From Smithella sp. (lineage in GTDB: Bacteria > Desulfobacterota > Syntrophia > Syntrophales > Smithellaceae), in contig JBEKRZ010000014.1 of NCBI GenBank assembly GCA_049517435.1, forward strand, positions 7,443 to 71,442: a stretch of 64,000 nucleotides of DNA, written 5' to 3'. Numbering within the stretch: position 1 is the first letter of the stretch; every line of letters begins with the position of its first letter. This document shows, piece by piece, positions 20,563 through 29,797 of the stretch. The notes beneath the pieces are model-generated. The model had not been told where the DNA came from. It saw nothing but the letters and a program-made list of their open reading frames with translations, and did no database searches. The position numbers and the translations under genes were made by a program.

Positions 20563-20980
20563 CCAACTCTTCACGCAGCTGGCGGGCTAGCGTTGGGCTT
20601 TTACCATCGGTACCTATTGTAATCGCCAGATCTCCTCTTTGCACAAGGGATGGCAAAATAAAATCGCATTTTTGCGGATCGTCAACAATATTTACGGGAA
20701 TGCCTTTGTTACGGGCATCAAAGGATATAGCCACATTGGTTTTTTCATCATCAGTGGCTCCGATGACCAGAGCGGCTCCATGAATTAAATCGCCTGTGTA
20801 TTCAGCGGCAATGTGACAAATTATGTCTTTTTCTTTAAGCACGGCAAGCGCAGGCGTCAGTTGGGGGCTGATGACAAACACTTTAGCGCCGCAATCCAGA
20901 AGCCTTTCGGCCTTTCTCGCGGCAACTTCACCGCCGCCAACAATGACACATTTTAGGAAAGTTATCACGAAGGGGAACAA
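20563..20980 (-). pseudogene. cysG: Truncated precorrin-2 dehydrogenase/sirohydrochlorin ferrochelatase (SirC/CysG N-terminal)
   Basis: KCVIVGGGEVAARK, VNIVDDP..CDF, GKSPTLARQLREEL; homology stops at the IS3 end, and the 5' start is also atypical. Confidence 0.75.
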
Positions 20981-21162
20981 AGTTCAAGACAGCTTGTTGA
21001 TTACTAATTGAGTCCAGGATCTTTGTCAATCTTGGCCTGTTGTAAATTTTAGGAAGCATGCAACTGGATGAACCTGCAAAATGCTATATTCTACAGCACC
21101 CCGCCGCAATAACACTGAATAATTTTTCTGATCTTTATAGTCTTCTTTATGCTTATTCCTGC

Positions 21163-21447
21163 TTATTTATTTTTGAAATCTTCAATGCTGCCCACTTTCT
21201 TAAATGTATCAACTGTTGGACTAACGTCTGGTTTAGCAGTTGCCGCGATAACTGCCTTGCCATAATTGTTCATCTCATGCTTTCCAGTATCCTTTTTCGG
21301 CATCGCGTCAACATGACAATCCATACACTTGATCTTGGCATCAGGGTACGCCTCCTTATAAATCTTTATCTCTTTCATATTCGCCTGCGCCGTAGCCATC
21401 CAAAACATAAGTCCCAAGCCGATAAATAAGATCATTCCTTTTTTCAT
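21163..21447 (-). CDS. Small exported monoheme cytochrome c
   Basis: Signal peptide ending AQA, single CMDCH, GGAG RBS. Confidence 0.7.
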   Translation of the reverse strand: MKKGMILFIGLGLMFWMATAQANMKEIKIYKEAYPDAKIKCMDCHVDAMPKKDTGKHEMNNYGKAVIAATAKPDVSPTVDTFKKVGSIEDFKNK

Positions 21448-21606
21448 TATTCTTCTCCTTGTTTTTTGAAAAGATGTTGCTTTTTGATTGCTGAATTATA
21501 AGCTCTTTGGTCTTGTCTGTCAAGGCAATCGGTGTCAGGGCGGATTTAGTAACAATGCCAAACGGTGATCATATTCCCACTCCTGTTTCTGTGAAGCTTA
21601 ATATAT

Positions 21607-22293
21607 TTACTTTGCAAAGACCTCGACCTTCGCCTTTTTGTTGATCTCGCCAATCCAGGCATCCGCGGTCATCCCCTTTTCCTGCGTTCCTTTGGCGATT
21701 AGTTTGGAAATAAGGATATCTTTTTCTATCCTCTTTTCGAAATTGGCCTGTGTCAAGGCGTGATTTTTCAGAAAGGCCTCAAAATCCTTATCTGAAAAAT
21801 TCATGCCTTGCTTGATAGCGGCGATCCGCTCAGCAATCTCCTGAGGAGTCACAGTGATCTTTTCCTTGACCGCTTCAATGATCAGTATTTTTTCCTGGAT
21901 TATTTTACTCAGTATCTGCATTCTCATATTCGCCGTGGCCGCTTTACGCTCTGGAGTGTTAGAATCCAGCTGACCGCTTTGCCCGGACATTTTTTTATAG
22001 AGGTCGAGTTTCTGATCCACTTCCGCGATTAATATCTTTTCCCCGTTGACAGTGGCGGCCGTTGAAAATCCCCTCATAGGATTAGGCAGCAGGCCTGTAT
22101 AAATCAGCAAGGCCACGCCTCCCAAAATCACCAGCAAAATGACAAGAAGCGCATATATCTTTTTACTACCCGGCTTCTTCTCTTTAGGAGGGATGACACT
22201 TTCATCGTCTTTCACTTCCCTGCCACATGTTCCGCAGACCGCCACTCCGTTTGCCAAGGCGTTACCGCATTGAGGACATTCCAGATTTTCCAT
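21607..22293 (-). CDS. Zinc-ribbon + TM + SurA N-terminal domain protein
   Basis: CPQCG...CGTCG ribbon, TM helix, AATVNGEKI...LSKIIQEKILIIEA...ITVTPQEI SurA-N pattern; GAGGT RBS before ATG 22293. Confidence 0.75.
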   Translation of the reverse strand: MENLECPQCGNALANGVAVCGTCGREVKDDESVIPPKEKKPGSKKIYALLVILLVILGGVALLIYTGLLPNPMRGFSTAATVNGEKILIAEVDQKLDLYKKMSGQSGQLDSNTPERKAATANMRMQILSKIIQEKILIIEAVKEKITVTPQEIAERIAAIKQGMNFSDKDFEAFLKNHALTQANFEKRIEKDILISKLIAKGTQEKGMTADAWIGEINKKAKVEVFAK

Positions 22294-22398
22294 TTCTTTT
22301 ACCTCACTTTGTATTTTTACAAACTCACTTTTTTTATGCCATAAGGAACCTGTAAAGTAAATGTAAAATGACAATAAAGAGCTCATCGCCTTTGGGCT

Positions 22399-23247
22399 TT
22401 AGGAGATGCCGCCATAGCTGTGGAGACCTGAGAGGATCAGGTTCACACCGAGATAGCAGAAGAGAGTGGCGGCAAAACCAATGATGGAGAGGATTGCCGC
22501 CCTCTTGCCCCGCCAGCCGCGGGTGATCCTTGCATGCAGATAAGCCGCATAAATAAGCCAGACTATTAGCGACCATGTTTCCTTCGGATCCCAGCTCCAG
22601 TATGTCCCCCACGCCACATTTGCCCAGAAGGCGCCAGTTACAATGCCTATGGTTAAAAGCGGAAATCCGATTGCGATGGTCTTATAGCCGATCTCGTCGA
22701 GCGCGGTAGAGGAGGGAAATGAATTCCAGAACGACTCGATGGGCTTGGGGGAGCGCTTCTCCGATCCTATCTTGAAAAAATAGAGGATGCTGACGCCGAA
22801 AGAGACGGCAAAGGCAGCATATCCGACAAAACAGCTCATTACATGGAAAATGAGCCAATTGCTCTTCAGAGCCGGCACCAACGGCTGAATATCATTTGGA
22901 TTCAATGAAGCATAGGCCATGATGAGAAAAGGGAAAGGGGCGACGAAAGCGCCCACCGTCCGAATATTGAACTTTCTCTCCAAGATAAGATAGATCAGGG
23001 CGATCGTCCAGGCGAAAAAGACCAATGATTCATAAAGATTCGTCATGGGCGCACGCCCTATCCCCATTTGGTAGGATTCGTACCATCTCATGCCGATCGC
23101 TGCCGTTTCGACAATGACGCCGCCGAGTAGGGAGAAGCTCGCCACCTTCCCCAGCATCTCAGACCGGAACGCCAGATAAGAGATATAAAGCACCATAGCG
23201 AAAAAATATATAAATGTAGCAATGCCGAATAATAAAGAATTGGTCAT
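22399..23247 (-). CDS. ccsA: Cytochrome c biogenesis System II heme-handling protein (CcsA/ResC)
   Basis: WWD domain WGTYWSWDPKETW, conserved His (IFHV, YLH, GLHSY), multiple TMs. Confidence 0.93.
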   Translation of the reverse strand: MTNSLLFGIATFIYFFAMVLYISYLAFRSEMLGKVASFSLLGGVIVETAAIGMRWYESYQMGIGRAPMTNLYESLVFFAWTIALIYLILERKFNIRTVGAFVAPFPFLIMAYASLNPNDIQPLVPALKSNWLIFHVMSCFVGYAAFAVSFGVSILYFFKIGSEKRSPKPIESFWNSFPSSTALDEIGYKTIAIGFPLLTIGIVTGAFWANVAWGTYWSWDPKETWSLIVWLIYAAYLHARITRGWRGKRAAILSIIGFAATLFCYLGVNLILSGLHSYGGIS

Positions 23248-24644
23248 TAAGAAATCTCCTTCAAGTTCTGAATTATCTGTTCCATCTCTCTGGCAAAGGC
23301 GTCGCGGTTTTTGTTTGCCGTTCCGCCGATCTTCAATTCACTCTTCCCTTTTTTATCGGTTCTCAGGGAGATCCATATCTTTTTGTGTGACACGAAAAAA
23401 GCGATCATAATGCCCGCAATCAGCAGCATACTGCCCAACCACACCAGAATCTCTCCCGGATCATTGTTGACCTGAAGTCCGGTATATTTTTTCATTTTCA
23501 AGTCCTTCACCTGGAAATAGTAAGCACCGCCGCGATGTCGATCATATTCGGGATGATCAATAAGGAGCCACAACTCCACGGGTGCCCCTTTAGCCGGGTA
23601 GATGTTGACGCCGATTGCCCGGCCACCTTCCACTCCGTCAGGCAGATGAAAATGTTCCTGATAATCGGCCACCTCCACTTTATCAGTCTCACCGAGAATA
23701 TCAACCTTCCGGTCGAAGGGCGTTGTCATCGTTCCCTTCAGGGAGCCATCTTTGTTCACTACGTCGATCGCCACCTGATCGGGTAGTCCTCCATAGCTGG
23801 ACTGGTAAAAGGTAACCCCTTCGAAAGTCAAGGGATCGTTCACCCGGATTGTTTTTCGGATCACTTCTTTGCCGTTCTGAAAAATTGAGAGATCACTGCG
23901 ATAATCCATCGGGGCTCCGTTGGAATAGAATTCGGCGTGAAACGTATTGCATTTTATCTGAAAATCCAGCTTCTGAATATTTCCGACTCTGGTTTCCAAC
24001 TGCGAAATAGTCTCCCCTTCGAAAATGTTAACATATCCTTTGTAACCGAAAAAAGATCCGCTTATGGCGCCGAGAAAAACCATCAGAATGCTCAGATGGG
24101 TCATAAAGAAAGCCAGGCGGCTATATTTTCCTTTTTCAAAGAAATAATGACGCTCGCCGTCCTCCATCGCGGTTACCACTGGTTTACCGGGAAAGTTCTT
24201 CCCGGCCAACTCCACCATTTTCCTTTCTACGATATCCAGTTGTAGGACATACCGGATCGTTGTAATATTCTGTAAAGATTTTGAAAGTTTTTCGTCAAGA
24301 ATGATGTTATTTTTTCTCATCCCGGCCATGATTCCCCGGTAGCGGTCCATCGTGCAAGCGGTGATGTTCAGGGCTAGCAGCGACAGGCAAGCGACGAACC
24401 ACCAACTATGATACATGTCGAAAAGACCGAGCTTCAAAAACAAGGCAACGGTCCCCGGTTGATAAACCCGGTAATATTCTTGCAGAGGTTTATTTTGTTC
24501 AATCAAAGTTCCAACAATCGAGAATACGGAAAGGATAAGCAAAAGGATTATAACGAGCTTCAGGGATGTCAGAAAATTCCAGAGTTGTGAGATCCAATCG
24601 TTTCCTTTATCTTTTGCCGTCCCTGCCGGCTGGTCAGCAGACAT
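23247..24644 (-). CDS. resB: Cytochrome c biogenesis protein ResB (CcsB/Ccs1)
   Basis: GTLIEQ, DMYHSWWF, THLSIL, IRVNDPL...FYQSSY, DPG motifs. Confidence 0.92.
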   Translation of the reverse strand: MSADQPAGTAKDKGNDWISQLWNFLTSLKLVIILLLILSVFSIVGTLIEQNKPLQEYYRVYQPGTVALFLKLGLFDMYHSWWFVACLSLLALNITACTMDRYRGIMAGMRKNNIILDEKLSKSLQNITTIRYVLQLDIVERKMVELAGKNFPGKPVVTAMEDGERHYFFEKGKYSRLAFFMTHLSILMVFLGAISGSFFGYKGYVNIFEGETISQLETRVGNIQKLDFQIKCNTFHAEFYSNGAPMDYRSDLSIFQNGKEVIRKTIRVNDPLTFEGVTFYQSSYGGLPDQVAIDVVNKDGSLKGTMTTPFDRKVDILGETDKVEVADYQEHFHLPDGVEGGRAIGVNIYPAKGAPVELWLLIDHPEYDRHRGGAYYFQVKDLKMKKYTGLQVNNDPGEILVWLGSMLLIAGIMIAFFVSHKKIWISLRTDKKGKSELKIGGTANKNRDAFAREMEQIIQNLKEIS

Positions 24645-24688
24645 AAAATATTTCCCTTCTCCAGATGATTAATTTCAACAATCTTAAG

Positions 24689-26743
24689 CTACTTTTCTTT
24701 TTTCACAGCGGGGGCTGTCAACAGAGCTTCCACCTTTTGGACATCTCTCTGTACTTGATTAAGAATCGCCATGGCCAGGTCTGGATTGTGAACGCCATTG
24801 GCACTGACTACAAATTTATAAGTATTCCGTGCCTGATTAAGAAGTTTTGCGGCCTCATCAACATCCCGCTTCATTTTGCGGGAGTCGTCCAATTTCCGGC
24901 CAGTCTTTTCAAGCGAATCATAAGTATTCTTTTGCTTCGCCATGATTTCCTGCTTCCATTTGTCGAGAATTTTCACGTGGGCTTCGTCATGGCAGACAAC
25001 GCATGTTGTGGAGATGTTCTTATATGTCTGCTTTTGGGAAAGGTCGTGACAATTGACACACTCAACCTGTCCGGCCTTCACATTTGGCTTTGCTTCCGGT
25101 AATTTTATCGGCAGATTATTGGCAGTAAAGAGCGCAGACTGTTTTTGATGACAGCGCACGCATTGGGTATTTTTCGGGCTGTGGTGACAAGCCATGCAAC
25201 CTTCTTTGGTAATGCTGACCTTTTTATGCTTTTCCGCCGAATGGCAGGTCGTACAACCAAGGCCAAACTCAAAGGCATGGCGTGTGTGCGGCAGTTTGAT
25301 CCCCTGAAAGGAGATCACGTTAGGAAGCTTCACCCCGGCCTTATCGTGGCAGAGTTGGGCGCAATAGCCTCCCCTGATCGGACTTTTTTCGGGAAGGGAG
25401 GGTGCTATCTTCCCGATCGTCCGGAAGAGACTGTTCAGGTCTCTGTCCGCTACCTGGATGAGCTCCGCCGCATAGAAGGGATTATGAACCCCTTTCCCGA
25501 CCTTCACGAAATCGGCATTGTATCTGGCGTCTTCATAAAGTTTTCGGGCCGCCTGAAGTTTTCCTTCGGTTTTGCCCGATTTTTCCAGAACCTGGCGGGC
25601 CGCGTTTAATTTGGGCTCAATATCCCTCTGGATAATATCAAAGGTTTCTTTCCAATCCGTGAGCATTCCTTTGTATTGGTTTCCGTGGCAGTGCGTGCAG
25701 GCCTTTTCCGCAGCCACGAAAGTTCGACCACTTCTCCCGCCGCCCATCTCTGCGCCTTTCGGCTGGATATGGCAGGCCAGACAGTCCACGCGGAAAATGA
25801 ACATGTGACTTGGGGTGGTCGGAACTCCTTTGCCTCTCTCCCCCATGAACATCTCTTTCGGCGCGCTGTGAGTTTCCGCATGGCAGGCATTGCAGCTGTA
25901 TTCCATAAAACGCACTTTAGATGTCTTCATGCTGTGTTTAATTTCATCATGACATCGCGTACAGTTCACTTTTCGTTTGGCGACATGGGTATTGTGCATG
26001 AACGTTACATCATCGTACCTTGCCAGCCTCTCCGGTTCATTGTGACAGTCGTAACATTTTTCCTTATGAGCTAATCCTTCTCCCTGGATGACGTCGAGAT
26101 GACAATTTTCACAGGCGACATGACGTGACCCGGCAAAATCATTATGGTTAAAGGTGAGCCCCTGGAACTGAATATCTTCCTTCGGGTATTCATGGCAGGT
26201 GATGCAATTCCCCAGCGGGAGCATCCCCTTTTGTTCCGGCTTGTGCCGGAAGTGGCAAAGGAAGCAAGTGCTGTCTGTCACCTCAACATGCGTACCCACA
26301 ACAATCTGGGAGTGACAGCTCGTACAGCGCAACTGTTTGCCCCGCCGTAAATCTCCTAAATGAAATTTGTGATCGAAGCGTATTCCCTTTTTATAGATGA
26401 GTTTATTCGACATTAACAAATTCCTGGAATGGCATCCCGCTCGCAGGCAACTGGCATCATCGATCTGGGCGTAGGGCTTGGAGATGTACTTTTTCCTGGT
26501 CACATATTGGACCACGGAATTGATCGCTTGAAACTTAGCCCACCAAAGCTTTTTGGGGTCGGGAGAATAATGGCACAACACGCAGGAGACATCTTTGTGT
26601 TTTGAAGTCTTCCAAGCGTCGTAATAGGGTTTCATAATGTGGCAACTGTTACAAAATCCGGAAGTGGAGGTGTAATAAGCCAGATAGCCTATAACGGCCA
26701 ACCCCAAAACCAAGCAAATGACCAGCACCCGTATCCTTTTCAA
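24689..26743 (-). CDS. Membrane-anchored multiheme cytochrome c (16 CxxCH + CX4CH + CX3CH), NapC/NirT-like N-terminus
   Basis: 16 canonical CxxCH counted, plus CLRAGCH and CAQLCH; N-terminal TM helix. Confidence 0.9.
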   Translation of the reverse strand: MKRIRVLVICLVLGLAVIGYLAYYTSTSGFCNSCHIMKPYYDAWKTSKHKDVSCVLCHYSPDPKKLWWAKFQAINSVVQYVTRKKYISKPYAQIDDASCLRAGCHSRNLLMSNKLIYKKGIRFDHKFHLGDLRRGKQLRCTSCHSQIVVGTHVEVTDSTCFLCHFRHKPEQKGMLPLGNCITCHEYPKEDIQFQGLTFNHNDFAGSRHVACENCHLDVIQGEGLAHKEKCYDCHNEPERLARYDDVTFMHNTHVAKRKVNCTRCHDEIKHSMKTSKVRFMEYSCNACHAETHSAPKEMFMGERGKGVPTTPSHMFIFRVDCLACHIQPKGAEMGGGRSGRTFVAAEKACTHCHGNQYKGMLTDWKETFDIIQRDIEPKLNAARQVLEKSGKTEGKLQAARKLYEDARYNADFVKVGKGVHNPFYAAELIQVADRDLNSLFRTIGKIAPSLPEKSPIRGGYCAQLCHDKAGVKLPNVISFQGIKLPHTRHAFEFGLGCTTCHSAEKHKKVSITKEGCMACHHSPKNTQCVRCHQKQSALFTANNLPIKLPEAKPNVKAGQVECVNCHDLSQKQTYKNISTTCVVCHDEAHVKILDKWKQEIMAKQKNTYDSLEKTGRKLDDSRKMKRDVDEAAKLLNQARNTYKFVVSANGVHNPDLAMAILNQVQRDVQKVEALLTAPAVKKEK

Positions 26744-26781
26744 TGTACCTCTTGATCAGTTCTGTATTTTCAAAGCTTTTC

Positions 26782-28032
26782 CTATGGCTTTATTCGCTCG
26801 TATTGAGGCTTGATGGCGGCCTTGTCATATTTCGAGTGGACAAAATCACCCCGCAGGATGGGGACGGCGATCCTCATGAACATGGTAAAGATAAAGAGCC
26901 CAGAAGCCCATATCCCCAGAGAAATGGCTATTTCATTGATATTCGGCAGGTATTCGTAAATCTCGCCGAGAGGATCGGGAACAAAGCCGGGAACGATCAA
27001 ACCGAGCCCCTTTTCAATCCACACGCCCAAGATGATGAGTAGCGAACCGATATTGAGTGTGATCAGATTATTCCTTGTTCCGGGAATCAGGAAGATCAAA
27101 AAAGCTGCTATATTCATCGCCATGGCCGACCATATCCAGGGAACCAGGGCATGATGACCGTGCACCCCCTGGAAGAGATATTTCATAGGCTCCAGATGAA
27201 TAGTACCTGTATAATACTCCTTGAAGATTTCGGCTCCCAGCAGGAACAAATTGATGAACATGGCGTAGGCCATCAACTCGGCAATCTTGAAAAGCGCCTC
27301 GTTCTTGATTTTCAGCCCCATCGTCTTTCTCAAAATCTGGAAAATAATTAACGCTATGGCCGGCCCGGAACAAAAAGCGCTGGCCAGAAAACGAGGCGCC
27401 AGAATGGAGGCATTCCAGAAGGGTCGGGCGGCAAGCCCGTTGTAGAGAAATGCGGTCACGGTATGAATACCCACTGCCCAGGGAATGGAAAGTAAAACCA
27501 GTGGAATGACGAATTTCTTTACCGGTTCCTTGCGGAAGTACATCTTGATCAGAATATATATCGGAACGATGGCGTTCAGCACCATATAGACGTTCAGAAC
27601 GATCACATCCCAGGCCATAAGTGAACTGGGAAAGGAAAGAATTCCGATAAACGGTATAACATGCCAAAACCGGTCAGGTCTGCCAAGATCGGCCATAATA
27701 AACATCAAGGCCATGATGATGGCCGAAGCGGCAAGAAGCTCTCCCAGAACAACGATTTCTTTGATGGGATCGAAGTGATAGATGTACGCCGGAATAACGA
27801 GGAGCACGGCCGCGGCGGCGACGCCGACCAAATAAGTAAAGTTACCGATATAGAGACCCCAGGAGACCTGGTCTGTCATATTGGTTACAATCAATCCAGC
27901 ATCCAGTTGTTTCGCGTAGAAGCTAATCCCCACACCAATAATAGCCAGTAAAAAAGCACACCAGAAGTAGTAGACCTTCGTCCCGACAAAAACCATTCGG
28001 ACCGTTCTTTTAAAAAATATCCAAGCTTCCAT
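26782..28032 (-). CDS. nrfD: NrfD/PsrC-family quinol oxidoreductase membrane subunit (CbcU/HmcC-like)
   Basis: SWGLYIGNF, DLGRPDRFW, SLMAWD, HTVTAFL; about 10 TMs. Confidence 0.9.
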   Translation of the reverse strand: MEAWIFFKRTVRMVFVGTKVYYFWCAFLLAIIGVGISFYAKQLDAGLIVTNMTDQVSWGLYIGNFTYLVGVAAAAVLLVIPAYIYHFDPIKEIVVLGELLAASAIIMALMFIMADLGRPDRFWHVIPFIGILSFPSSLMAWDVIVLNVYMVLNAIVPIYILIKMYFRKEPVKKFVIPLVLLSIPWAVGIHTVTAFLYNGLAARPFWNASILAPRFLASAFCSGPAIALIIFQILRKTMGLKIKNEALFKIAELMAYAMFINLFLLGAEIFKEYYTGTIHLEPMKYLFQGVHGHHALVPWIWSAMAMNIAAFLIFLIPGTRNNLITLNIGSLLIILGVWIEKGLGLIVPGFVPDPLGEIYEYLPNINEIAISLGIWASGLFIFTMFMRIAVPILRGDFVHSKYDKAAIKPQYERIKP

Positions 28033-28048
28033 GCTGTCCTCTAAAACG

Positions 28049-28951
28049 CTATGCGGAAAAGAAATAATAAAATTTGGGTTCCGCGTTCAAGTCTTCCTTT
28101 AATCGAAAGACCCTTTTATTTTCAATAAGATATCTTATTTCGCTGTTCGGATCGAGCAGGTTCCCGAATTTTCTGGTTCCCGTGGGACAGGCCTCCACGC
28201 AGGCGGGGTAACGCCCATTCCGGACCCGTTGGACACAAAACGTGCATTTTTCCACAACATTTTTCATACGGGGCCGGTTCCCCAGATAATGGACATCCGT
28301 ATTCAACTCTTTCACGGGAATATTGGGCTCGCCCCAGTTAAAAACCCGTCCCTTGTAAGGGCAGGCAGCAATACAATAGCGGCAGCCTATGCACCAATTG
28401 TAATCGACCACCACAATGCCATCCGGTTCCTTCCACGTCGCCTTGACTGGGCATACACGCACGCAGGGTGGATTTTCGCAATGCTGGCATTGAACCGGCA
28501 TGTACATGAACCCCGGCTCCGGCACTGTTTCCGGATTATAGTAGTGTTCGGCATTTTCGAGGTTGATCATACTCCCATTTTTCAATCGGACGACCCTGAT
28601 CCATTGGAGTTGCGGGTTGACCCGGGACTGATTGTTTTCTTTCACACAGGCGTAAACGCACCTTCGGCACCCGATACACCGCGACAGATCAAGGCCATAG
28701 CCCCAGAGAATCCCGGCACCGGCCGGCTTGGTGCTGATTTGAAATTTTTTCCCGTATTTTTTCAGGTACATCTCTTCCAATCGCCGGATAACCTGTTTCT
28801 TCTCTGTCTCAGACATTTCCCGGAAGTTCTTCTGAAGGAACTCTTCCACCTTGTCTTTAGTGCACGCCGAGCTTCCCAGGTAAAGCGCGGCCACGGTGCC
28901 CATGGACATCATCTTTATAAATTCTCTTCTGGTATGCGATCTATCTTCCAT
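28049..28951 (-). CDS. Tat-exported 4Fe-4S dicluster protein (NrfC/CbcT/HmcB-like)
   Basis: TRREFIK twin-arginine motif; CIGCRRCVYAC, CQHCENPPC, CIGCRYCIAACP, CTFC...CVEACP. Confidence 0.92.
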   Translation of the reverse strand: MEDRSHTRREFIKMMSMGTVAALYLGSSACTKDKVEEFLQKNFREMSETEKKQVIRRLEEMYLKKYGKKFQISTKPAGAGILWGYGLDLSRCIGCRRCVYACVKENNQSRVNPQLQWIRVVRLKNGSMINLENAEHYYNPETVPEPGFMYMPVQCQHCENPPCVRVCPVKATWKEPDGIVVVDYNWCIGCRYCIAACPYKGRVFNWGEPNIPVKELNTDVHYLGNRPRMKNVVEKCTFCVQRVRNGRYPACVEACPTGTRKFGNLLDPNSEIRYLIENKRVFRLKEDLNAEPKFYYFFSA

Positions 28952-29438
28952 ATGTCCGTTCCGGTTTGGTTGGTGGGGGTTCCGGTTTCAGGGGTTTGAA
29001 TTTAGGGTCATGGGGATTGTGACAATTCACACAAAGGAAATAAACCCTTTTCCCCCCTTTGAAATATCCGATCCTTTTGCCGTGGATGCCGACTTTCCAG
29101 TCGCGATAGATATTGCCGTGGCACTGTCCGCAGAGCAGGTAGGACTCCGTAAACTTGATGGTGTCCCCATTGGCAAGCTTCAATTTATCCCTGTCGGCTG
29201 GATTGTGACAATCAAGACACCAGCGGTCTTTTTCAGCATGGTGCAGTTTGATGTTGGTATGCTCATCCTTGAGTTCTCTCTTTTTTGCATTGACCTCCAG
29301 CCCCGCATGACAGTTGCTGCAGGGAAATATCCCCTCCGATAATGGGGGCATTAAAACAGGATATTCATCGTGGTGCAATGCGAACGCGGGCACGCCAAAT
29401 GCAATAATTGCGAATAAACATAGGAATCTTATTTTCAT
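28941..29438 (-). CDS. Periplasmic tetraheme cytochrome c (CbcS-like)
   Basis: Signal peptide; CSNCH, CLDCH, CGQCH, CVNCH. Confidence 0.88.
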   Translation of the reverse strand: MKIRFLCLFAIIAFGVPAFALHHDEYPVLMPPLSEGIFPCSNCHAGLEVNAKKRELKDEHTNIKLHHAEKDRWCLDCHNPADRDKLKLANGDTIKFTESYLLCGQCHGNIYRDWKVGIHGKRIGYFKGGKRVYFLCVNCHNPHDPKFKPLKPEPPPTKPERTYGR

Positions 29439-29588
29439 AGACTTTGCTCGTTATCCTCATTTACCCTGCCTGTATCCTTAACTGCGCTTTTTCAACAATC
29501 CGCTACTGCGGATACCGGAAGGGGAAATAGCCAACCTAATAAAGCAATCTCAAATTATTAAATTTCTTTTACCCGGCAAAGATTAAAA

Positions 29589-29617
29589 ATCTTAAGTGAT
29601 AATTTTTATAGAGTCAA
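29589..29617 (-). promoter_or_regulatory. Sigma70-type promoter candidate for the tetraheme-to-maturation operon
   Basis: Minus strand TTGACT-N17-TAAGAT, 150 bp upstream of the start at 29438. Confidence 0.45.
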
Positions 29618-29728
29618 GAAGAGAAAAATATGAGGAGAAAAATATGTTCTTATTTTGTTCATTTGTGAACCAGCAATACCGTGGCATTTTCAACCATCGC
29701 CCGCTTCTTTTCCGTAAAGACTGTCCAT

Positions 29729-29758
29729 AAAAAAATCCCCGCCTGTTTCCAGGCGGGG
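29729..29758 (-). terminator. Rho-independent terminator after the omcB-like gene
   Basis: 9-bp stem CCCCGCCTG/CAGGCGGGG with 4-nt loop followed by a T-run on the minus strand. Confidence 0.8.
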
Positions 29759-29797
29759 CCGGTTAGATCAGCAGATCAAAAACTGCCGTGGTTAAGA

